The notes beneath the pieces were generated by a model, which was not told the DNA's origin, did no database searches, and saw only the letters and a list, made by a program, of their open reading frames with translations. A stretch of DNA of 64,000 nt, taken from positions 161,617-225,616 of the forward strand of contig JAGCVC010000020.1 in NCBI GenBank assembly GCA_017962565.1, written 5' to 3'. The DNA comes from Alphaproteobacteria bacterium. Lineage in GTDB: Bacteria > Pseudomonadota > Alphaproteobacteria > CAAHEQ01 > UBA3637. Positions 56,700-64,000 of the stretch are shown in pieces (position 1 is the first letter of the stretch; each line of letters starts with the position of its first letter). The position numbers and the translations under genes are program-made.

Positions 56700-57806
56700 A
56701 TGGATATAAAAAAAGTACAAAAAGTGACCTTTGTCTTTACTGTTTGGACACTTCTTTACCTCATTTGGTTTCGTTGGTTTATGATGTACCATTGGGAATT
56801 TAATATTTTCATGGCTGATCATTGGAAAGATGCATTTAATGAGTGGTGGAATAAAGGTTGGATTATTCAGGGTTCTTGGTGGGTCTTTGTTATCATGTTG
56901 TTTTTGTTTATTCCACTTTGGATATTGGGTTTTTCGTTGCTTATTTCCATCGATTACAAAGCTAAATATAATCGATTATTTGAAACGTTAATTTATCAGA
57001 AAAGATCAAAAAACAACCAAAAGAAAACTTCGAAAATTCGCGTTAAAAGAAAAAAGTCTTACATAGAAGTTCGTCCGCAGGCATTGGCTGGCACTCCCCA
57101 AGAAGTTGCGCCAATTCGTCCATCAAATGAAAGTGATGTTATGGCAAGCTCTCCGGATACTAATGATTTATTCATGTCCGACAATAATTCAGCTACATCA
57201 CAAAATACTTCTTATTCGCACAGAGAAGTAACAGATGATTTTGAAGGAAAATCTCCATTTGAAACTCCAAATATGATGCATGAGTTTTTGGATAAAGAAC
57301 ATCGTGAAGAGTTAAAAGAAAACTTACCTGATATTATGGAAGAAGCCGGTGCTGTTGTTATAGAAAAGCCCGTTTTAGATGGAAACTCTGTCGATTATTT
57401 AGCTTTATCAACAGAAACTGCTTTTTTGGTATTAACTGATAAAGAAGAAGGCGATTGGTTAGCAGATGAGGAACGCTTTAACGACGAAGATCCATTGTGG
57501 TTTTCAGAAACATCTCATCGTATTTCACCAATTACTATTCTGAAAAATTTTGAAGCCGCCTTAAAAGGAAAATTGTCTGAGGCCGGACTGGATATTCAAA
57601 CACAGATTATTTTGGTAAAAACAAACGGAAATATAATCAATGCGGAAGATATGCTACCGACATGGGAACAAATGAAGGCTTTGATTGCACGATCTTCTTT
57701 TGGATTGCCGGAAGAACTGCCTTCTTTCACTGATGTTTTTCCGAAAGGTTTGTCAACGCCAGATGACAAAATTGTTAAAAAAGTTAAGTCATTTTTTGAA
57801 AAATAG
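56700..57806 (+). CDS. Two-TM membrane protein with C-terminal NERD-like domain
   Basis: Two Trp-rich TMs, low-complexity linker, VDYLAL...FLVLTDKEEGDW...W.....SP pattern. Confidence 0.6.
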   Translation: MDIKKVQKVTFVFTVWTLLYLIWFRWFMMYHWEFNIFMADHWKDAFNEWWNKGWIIQGSWWVFVIMLFLFIPLWILGFSLLISIDYKAKYNRLFETLIYQKRSKNNQKKTSKIRVKRKKSYIEVRPQALAGTPQEVAPIRPSNESDVMASSPDTNDLFMSDNNSATSQNTSYSHREVTDDFEGKSPFETPNMMHEFLDKEHREELKENLPDIMEEAGAVVIEKPVLDGNSVDYLALSTETAFLVLTDKEEGDWLADEERFNDEDPLWFSETSHRISPITILKNFEAALKGKLSEAGLDIQTQIILVKTNGNIINAEDMLPTWEQMKALIARSSFGLPEELPSFTDVFPKGLSTPDDKIVKKVKSFFEK

Positions 57807-57825
57807 TCAAGCATAGGGGAGAGAA

Positions 57826-59985
57826 ATGGTATTTCAGCGCGCGGGTGAATATGCAGGTAGAGATAAAGCAGCTTCTTTCTTGGTTGTAGGTGCTGCAATT
57901 GCTGTTGTCGTTTTTATATTGATGTCCTACCTTATCATTCCTGTTACGTATATCTTAGATAACGGACTTTCACGCCAGGTGGGTGCAAATGTTTTGGGCT
58001 TTTTAGGTAAAGCGATAGACCCCCGTTTTCTATGTCATGAATATTCCGGTTGGGTTCAAAAAAGCTTCATGTCCAGAAGAATAGGAACTATATTAATTCC
58101 ATTTATTCCATTCATTACTGCAGCCATAATATTTATTACTGCAGTTATCATCAATCCGCACAGTTTTATGTTAAACACGTATGGTAGCGGTCATATGGCA
58201 ACTTATGCTGATGTTAAGAAAATGGGATTATTTAAAGGTTTTGTTATCGTATTGGGACGTTTCAAAGGTAAATTGTTAAAAATGCCGGAAACCTTATCTG
58301 CCTTAGTTGTTGCGCCTCCTGGAACCGGTAAAACAGCAGGGGTTGTGATTCCGACTATTCTAGAGTCTCCGGGTATGAGTATTATTGTTAACGACCCCAA
58401 ACCTGAATTGTGTTATAAAACATCGGGTTATCGTGCAACACAGGGGCCTGTATTTATCATCAACTGGGGTGAAGAAGATGATCCGGAAAAAGGTATTTTC
58501 TATCCATCCTGGAACCCGTTATCACCAACTTGTTTGCCACCACTTGGTCCTCCACGTGATACATATATCGACTCCATGGTAGCTGTTATTGTTGAAGAAC
58601 CAAAAGGTGGTGCTGACCCTCACTGGTCAAAAACCGGTCGAAATGCCATGTCTGGCTTTTTACATTTCATTTCCAGTAAGTGTGAACGTGCCAGGGCGAA
58701 CGATTATTTTATCAATCGTTTAATGGAAGGTTCTTTTGATGACGAAGATGCAAAAGTTTTAGCTACTTATTATGTCGATATGCCGGATATGAGTGCAAGA
58801 AATGCCTTAATGGCTTTACAACAGGGAAATTTGACTTATGATTCTTATGCGCCGATTGGAACATGGGAAGGATTGCCACAATATTGGCATGGTTGTGAAC
58901 CTTGCATTGCCATGATTTTGGATTGGATGACAGATGTTCAAATGAAAATGTCTGCCGACCTTAAACGGCGTCAAGATGAAGGCGATCAGATGGCTGCATT
59001 TGCTGACACATTGCGTGATGCCTTAGACTTTGCAGTTAATGAAGCTGACAGATATCATTATTCACATCGTGCTGTATTGGAATTGTCACAGCTGGCCAAT
59101 ACACCTGATAAGGAACGTGGTTCTATTTTATCAACAGCTTTTTCTGGTATTAGTAGTTTTAAAAACGCTGCAGTTCGTTCACGTACGCGTTTTTCGGATT
59201 TTACTTTCCGTGACTTACGTGGTATGAAAGACCCTATTACCGGCGAAATGAAACCTGTTTCTGTTTATTTGTCAGTTAACCAAGTTGACGCACGTGCATT
59301 TTCCGTTATTTCCGGTATATTTATTGAATTAATGAGTTCGTTTTTAATTGCGAATCCACCAAACCATAAAGGGTCTGATGGAGTTAAAGCGGGTCCCTAT
59401 CCGGTCTTATTTGCCTTGGACGAATTTCCGCAAATGCCTAAATTAGCTGCTGTAAAAGATGGCCCTGCTGTCGGACGTGGACAGAAAGTGTCTTATTTGT
59501 TAATCGGACAGGATTTGGGTCAGATTTCCGGACAATACGGTAAAGATGATTTGGAAACGATTATTACAACAACAGCTGCAAAAGTTATTTTGGCACAAAA
59601 CAACGAACAAACTGCACAGCGTTTTGAAAAAATGATCGGAACTAAAACAATCCAAACACAAAGCATGTCCAAACAAGAAAGTTTTGGATTTAACCCCAAA
59701 TTATCAGCAAATGTAACTACCCAATTGCAGTCTAGTTCTGTTGTCAGTGCTTCGGAAATGATGAGCTTAGATATGATGAAACAATACGTAATTTTCCAAG
59801 GATATTTGAAATTCCCGATTTTGGCAGATGCACCACGTTGGTATTTGGATAAATCCATGAAAAAGAAATGTGCTTTACCTTGTGCTCCGTATGTTCCGTA
59901 TTGGATTGTTGCACAACGTGAAAGCACGGATTTGGATGCTTTGTCTAATTACTTGGAAGAAGACTTAACAGAATTGGAAAGTTGA
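57826..59985 (+). CDS. virD4: Type IV secretion coupling protein VirD4/TraG
   Basis: Two N-terminal TMs, YGSGHMA, Walker A APPGTGKT..VIP, NDPKPEL, WNPL, Walker B LDEF, Q-motif IGQDLGQI..QYG. Confidence 0.93.
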   Translation: MVFQRAGEYAGRDKAASFLVVGAAIAVVVFILMSYLIIPVTYILDNGLSRQVGANVLGFLGKAIDPRFLCHEYSGWVQKSFMSRRIGTILIPFIPFITAAIIFITAVIINPHSFMLNTYGSGHMATYADVKKMGLFKGFVIVLGRFKGKLLKMPETLSALVVAPPGTGKTAGVVIPTILESPGMSIIVNDPKPELCYKTSGYRATQGPVFIINWGEEDDPEKGIFYPSWNPLSPTCLPPLGPPRDTYIDSMVAVIVEEPKGGADPHWSKTGRNAMSGFLHFISSKCERARANDYFINRLMEGSFDDEDAKVLATYYVDMPDMSARNALMALQQGNLTYDSYAPIGTWEGLPQYWHGCEPCIAMILDWMTDVQMKMSADLKRRQDEGDQMAAFADTLRDALDFAVNEADRYHYSHRAVLELSQLANTPDKERGSILSTAFSGISSFKNAAVRSRTRFSDFTFRDLRGMKDPITGEMKPVSVYLSVNQVDARAFSVISGIFIELMSSFLIANPPNHKGSDGVKAGPYPVLFALDEFPQMPKLAAVKDGPAVGRGQKVSYLLIGQDLGQISGQYGKDDLETIITTTAAKVILAQNNEQTAQRFEKMIGTKTIQTQSMSKQESFGFNPKLSANVTTQLQSSSVVSASEMMSLDMMKQYVIFQGYLKFPILADAPRWYLDKSMKKKCALPCAPYVPYWIVAQRESTDLDALSNYLEEDLTELES

Positions 59986-59988
59986 TAG

Positions 59989-60606
59989 ATGAAAGAAGGT
60001 ATTTTGTTTTCCCCTGCAAATTCGAAAACTGTCATGACTGTAACGAATGACATGAGAGAAAGTTTGGATTTTTGGGAAGCAAAATTTCAGTCGATGAATT
60101 TTCCGGGAATGGATTTGGTTGAAGCAACTGCATACCCGATAACTTTGTTGGAAAAAGTTAATCAAAAAAAACAATATAACCGGGTAAAAAAAGATTTTTT
60201 GAAGTATATATCTTATCACTTTGTCAATGACTTAAGAAATGCCGGATTGAATGAAGAAAGTATTTATTATTTCAAAAAAGGTATTATTCCGGAAAATTTT
60301 AACGTACATATAAAAATTCCATTTGATTATACAGGAAAGGTCGATTTTTCAAATATGGTTCTGATTCAAAACAGACCTTATCATGATGATATTCATCGTT
60401 TCATGGATATGCAAATGGAACAAATGCCGGTTGGTGTTCTGCCCTATAAACTTTATATCCCGGTACCGACAGGCAGTGTGTATATTTCCTCGTCAAACTT
60501 TACCGGTAGTGGTGGTAAGGGCAAACATGATCGTAGTGTTTTTGCCGGTTATTCGGAAAGCGCATTTCAAAAATTAGCTCAAAAGACAATGCGGGGTGCC
60601 AGATGA
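59989..60606 (+). CDS. HNH-fold toxin-like protein (variant active site)
   Basis: KKDFLK..AGL..G.IP..FNVHIKIPFDYTG..DFSNMVLIQN.PYH..IH...IPVP.G.VY. Confidence 0.65.
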   Translation: MKEGILFSPANSKTVMTVTNDMRESLDFWEAKFQSMNFPGMDLVEATAYPITLLEKVNQKKQYNRVKKDFLKYISYHFVNDLRNAGLNEESIYYFKKGIIPENFNVHIKIPFDYTGKVDFSNMVLIQNRPYHDDIHRFMDMQMEQMPVGVLPYKLYIPVPTGSVYISSSNFTGSGGKGKHDRSVFAGYSESAFQKLAQKTMRGAR

Positions 60607-61076
60607 TGTTGCTGACTAAAATGCTTGATGATTTATACAAAGCCGAAGCTTGTATCTTTAAACCCGTTCCGGAAAAAGATTTAAGGGAATTGCGAATGAA
60701 CTTGGCAAAAAAAAGTTTACCCCCTATTCCATCCGATTATTTACAATTTTTAAGTTTGACAGATGGCTTAATTTACAACGGGCTTCAGTTCTTCGGCGTT
60801 AAAGAGCACAATCGTGAAGTAAGCATTTATACTTATCCGGATATTCTGTCGGTAAATGAAGACTTTCAAAAACGCAATCGCAGAAAAGATATTTTAATTA
60901 TTGGTGAAAAGGATGAGGATTTTATCACATATCGTCCGAAAGAGAAAGTTTATCAATTAATGGATCGATTTGACTTAATCGGCGATCTAAACTTACCGCG
61001 TTTTCTTGATGTCGTTTATTTCTTTAATCAAGAATTACTTGGAAATCAGGCCACATCCTTACAAGCAGAAAAATAA
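60603..61076 (+). CDS. SMI1/KNR4 (SUKH, YrhA-like) immunity protein
   Basis: IPSDYLQFLSLTDGLIYNGLQFFG...N..F.....LIIGE; ATGA overlap with the upstream gene. Confidence 0.8.
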   Translation: MMLLTKMLDDLYKAEACIFKPVPEKDLRELRMNLAKKSLPPIPSDYLQFLSLTDGLIYNGLQFFGVKEHNREVSIYTYPDILSVNEDFQKRNRRKDILIIGEKDEDFITYRPKEKVYQLMDRFDLIGDLNLPRFLDVVYFFNQELLGNQATSLQAEK

Positions 61077-61086
61077 ATCTTTTCAC

Positions 61087-61150
61087 AAGAACAAGTCACC
61101 ATTAGGGGCGACTTGTTCAAAATGGCGCGAGATACCTTGCACAACGCGAG
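61087..61150 (+). repeat. 64-bp degenerate direct repeat with hairpin, copy 1
   Basis: 50/64 ungapped identity to 62713-62776 (manual count); GAACAAGTC/GACTTGTTC stem. Confidence 0.85.
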
Positions 61151-61221
61151 CTAGCATATTGACAAATTTATATTGTTTATGATAGCATATTGAACATTAT
61201 TTTACATACAGGAGGCCATTT

Positions 61222-62580
61222 ATGAATCTTACTTATATACTGCTTATTTGTTATCTATGCACTTTGATGTTTATTGCATTTAAAGATAATAAAACGGAAG
61301 ATACAAATGGTTTTATTATTGCAGATAGAAAAGTCGGAATTTTGGGGTTTATCTCTTCATCCGCCGCATCCTTTAGAGATGGCGGAGGTATTATTACCGC
61401 AATAGGTATGGGCTTTATTGGTGGTTATTGTATGTATAATTTTTATATTGGTTGTTGTTTGGGCTTTTTGTTTTTGGCCTTCTTTGCACCTTATGCCCGT
61501 ACTGTTGCAGAGAAGAAAGGATACCTTACTATCACAGAAATGATTAGAGATGTTATAGGACCTAAAACTGAAAAAATCAGCTCTATTATTACGATTATTG
61601 TTTATGGCCTGATGTTATCCGTTGAATTTTATGTTTTGGGGAATTTAGTCCATACTTTATTCGGTGTCAGTAATCTATATTCCACATGGTTGGTTTGCTT
61701 GATTGTGACCGCTTACGTTGCTCTTGGGGGGTACAAGACTGTTATTAAAACGGATATTCTCCAGTTCTTCATTATGTTGATTCCAATTGTCTTGCTTTTC
61801 TTTACTCCATTGAAATTACAAAACGTTTTGGATGTGCAATCGCTGTATCGTGGGCAAGATGTTGGAGGTTTTGTCCTAATGCTGATTATGGGTTTCCTTT
61901 GTGTGGTATCATTAGGGGATTTTTGGCAAAGAATATTCTCTTCTAAGAGTGCTCAAACTGCCAAGAAAAGTCTTCTGTGCACTATTTTTAGCTTTTTCTT
62001 GATTACAGTGCCAATGACTTTTTTGGGAATGTCTGCAATAGGACTTCTGCCAAGTTCAACAACTTCGGACAATGCCCTATTTGAAATGTTAAAAAATCCA
62101 GTTTATCCACAATTTTTCGGAGCATTTTTAACACTGATTATTGTTTCAGTTGTCATGTCCAGCATTGATACTTTTGCTTATTTAACATCTTCCACAATTA
62201 TTAAAGATTTTAATTTAGAAAGCAAAAATAATGCCCATTATATGAAAATGTCCAGATTGATTACAACGGCTGTATTGGTGATTGCAACGTTGCTGTCCTT
62301 TTATATTGAACATGTCATCGCTTATATCTTTGCAATTACTGGGATGATAACTATTATAGCTCCAGTCTTTTGCCTTGTCGGTGGAGGATTCATTAAAAAG
62401 AAAAATGTTGCTTTAGATATTGCCATCAGCCTTTCTTTATTGGTAACTTTGTGTATAGGCATTTACTTAATGTTTACTGGATTCTTGTTCTCTAGTTTGT
62501 CGGCTAGTTTGATTTTGCCTGCTATATCATCAGTACTTGTTATAGTTTCTTTGTTGTACGCAAGATATAAAACAAGATAG
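61222..62580 (+). CDS. Sodium:solute symporter family protein
   Basis: About 13 TMs, FIIADR, YVALGGYKTVIKTDILQF, WQRIFS, MSSIDT. Confidence 0.9.
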   Translation: MNLTYILLICYLCTLMFIAFKDNKTEDTNGFIIADRKVGILGFISSSAASFRDGGGIITAIGMGFIGGYCMYNFYIGCCLGFLFLAFFAPYARTVAEKKGYLTITEMIRDVIGPKTEKISSIITIIVYGLMLSVEFYVLGNLVHTLFGVSNLYSTWLVCLIVTAYVALGGYKTVIKTDILQFFIMLIPIVLLFFTPLKLQNVLDVQSLYRGQDVGGFVLMLIMGFLCVVSLGDFWQRIFSSKSAQTAKKSLLCTIFSFFLITVPMTFLGMSAIGLLPSSTTSDNALFEMLKNPVYPQFFGAFLTLIIVSVVMSSIDTFAYLTSSTIIKDFNLESKNNAHYMKMSRLITTAVLVIATLLSFYIEHVIAYIFAITGMITIIAPVFCLVGGGFIKKKNVALDIAISLSLLVTLCIGIYLMFTGFLFSSLSASLILPAISSVLVIVSLLYARYKTR

Positions 62581-62712
62581 CCCTTCAAGCAGCGTCAAAA
62601 ATGTGGAATGTAATAAAATCAGCTACTTTTGTGGATGTAAGTTCGGTTGCCCACGAAAATTGGTCTTTTTCGTACGAAGTCCAATTGAACTAGCTAACGC
62701 CATTGAAAATAA

Positions 62713-62776
62713 AAGAACAAGTCGCCTTTTCAGACGACTTGTTCAAAATGGTGAGTGGTATCTTGCTGAATGCGAG
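62713..62776 (+). repeat. 64-bp degenerate direct repeat with hairpin, copy 2
   Basis: See copy 1. Confidence 0.85.
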
Positions 62777-62883
62777 TTTTTTTATATTGTGTTCTTCATA
62801 AAATTATTTTAGTATAAGGAAGAAGGGGATATATATTTTACCAATTCGGTGCTTAAAAATATTGCTATTTAAAAAGGAATGAA

Positions 62884-64000
62884 ATGAAAAAATTTTTAAA
62901 ATGGATGTTTATAATTTTATTTTCTTTGTTATTTATTGGCCTTTTGACGGGTGTTGTTTTCATTTATAATTTAGATTTAAATACCTATAAACCACAAATT
63001 GAGCAGATGGTCTTAAAACAAACTGGGCGAAAATTGTCCCTAATGGGTGATATCGGCTTTAAAATGTCTTTGAAACCAACTCTTAATATAAAAAAGGCTT
63101 CACTTGCGGATGCAAATTGGGCAGGAGATACACCAATGATAATGGCAGAAGAAGTTGATGTTTCTGTTGCGATTATACCCCTATTTAGTAAAGTGATTTG
63201 TGTTGAAAATATAAAACTTATTCAACCAAAGATACATTTGTCATTGAATGAAAAAGGAGAAGGAAATTGGCTTTTTGAAAAGCAAATATCAAAAATACCC
63301 GAAATTCCCCCCGAAACACAGAAAGGTTTCCTCTCTGATATGAAGTTGATAATAAAACAACTTTCTGTTGAAGATGGCATCATAACCTATGATAGCTTAA
63401 AAACAAAAATGAACTTGGAAATAAAATATCTCTCCTTGAAACCGGATAAAAATCAGATATTTGTGGATTATGACCTTTTATATAATAATCAGAAAGTTAA
63501 GGGGATGATAAAAGGAGATACGTTGGAACATTTGATAAAGGGGAAAATATATCATGCCGAAATTGATACAAACGCTTTGAACTGTCAAATAAAGGCGTCT
63601 GTTGATGCGACCGATATTTTTAAAAATTGGAACGTTAAAGGAGAAATTGATGTTATTTCTTCGGAGGGAAATTTTCATCTGCCAGCATTTCATTTAAAAT
63701 CAGACATAAATGCTTCCTCAGAAAAAATATCTCTCAAAACACAACAGTTGAATTTTGGTAAAAGTATTTTACAAGCGGAGGCAGATATATCCTTAAAGGA
63801 AAAAATGGATGTTCGGGCTAAGATTAATGCTTCTATACTGGATATTCCTTCTTTAACTTTTTCACAGGAAAAAACGTTATCAACAAAAAACAGTCAAAAT
63901 ACAAAAGCAAGTTTCCCTCCAAAAGGAGAACTTAATTTAAACTTTCTCAATCAATTTAATGCACATATTGTTTTTGATATTCAGCAACTGAATCTAACAA
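62884..64000 (+). CDS. AsmA family protein, 3'-truncated by window edge
   Basis: N-terminal TM then DLNTYKPQIEQMV..QTGRKL...GDI...LKP...NEKGEGNW; RBS AAAGGA. Confidence 0.85.
   Translation, partial: MKKFLKWMFIILFSLLFIGLLTGVVFIYNLDLNTYKPQIEQMVLKQTGRKLSLMGDIGFKMSLKPTLNIKKASLADANWAGDTPMIMAEEVDVSVAIIPLFSKVICVENIKLIQPKIHLSLNEKGEGNWLFEKQISKIPEIPPETQKGFLSDMKLIIKQLSVEDGIITYDSLKTKMNLEIKYLSLKPDKNQIFVDYDLLYNNQKVKGMIKGDTLEHLIKGKIYHAEIDTNALNCQIKASVDATDIFKNWNVKGEIDVISSEGNFHLPAFHLKSDINASSEKISLKTQQLNFGKSILQAEADISLKEKMDVRAKINASILDIPSLTFSQEKTLSTKNSQNTKASFPPKGELNLNFLNQFNAHIVFDIQQLNLT

Noticed and set aside
57826-59985. virD4 as part of an ICE or integrated plasmid
   Set aside because: No relaxase, virB, integrase or replication gene recognised nearby, and the left flank is housekeeping; cannot be fully excluded beyond the window

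Overview
AT-rich chromosomal segment of an alphaproteobacterium. Evidence: bamD-recN-ligA, birA-rnj, psd-pssA, DUF3126 and an alpha-type J-domain protein. Rubrerythrin and an apparently decayed complex I suggest an anaerobic, host-associated lineage (inference). Most genes are housekeeping: lepA, sufBCDS-sufT, pyk, dnaN-recF-gyrB, Lon-like protease, mltG, pgk, trmJ, sufE, dusA, xth, a D,D-carboxypeptidase, plus tRNA-Phe, -Thr and -Glu. The most notable locus is a stand-alone operon at 56.7-61.1 kb: NERD-like membrane protein, VirD4 type IV coupling protein, HNH-toxin-like protein, SMI1/KNR4 (SUKH)-like immunity protein. No virB genes or relaxase are in the window. Several orphan genes sit between housekeeping genes, each with its own near-consensus sigma70 promoter, and most end in a basic C-terminal tail. 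They include an ankyrin protein with an NLS-like motif, a protein with a 216-residue lysine-free N-terminus, a HExxH protein, a second divergent RNase J and a triplicated small-protein cassette. These may be a dispersed T4SS substrate repertoire (hypothesis). Also seen: NuoJ/NuoN-like vestiges upstream of birA and a symporter gene bracketed by 64-bp degenerate direct repeats. All family calls come from motif recognition by eye; no searches were run.
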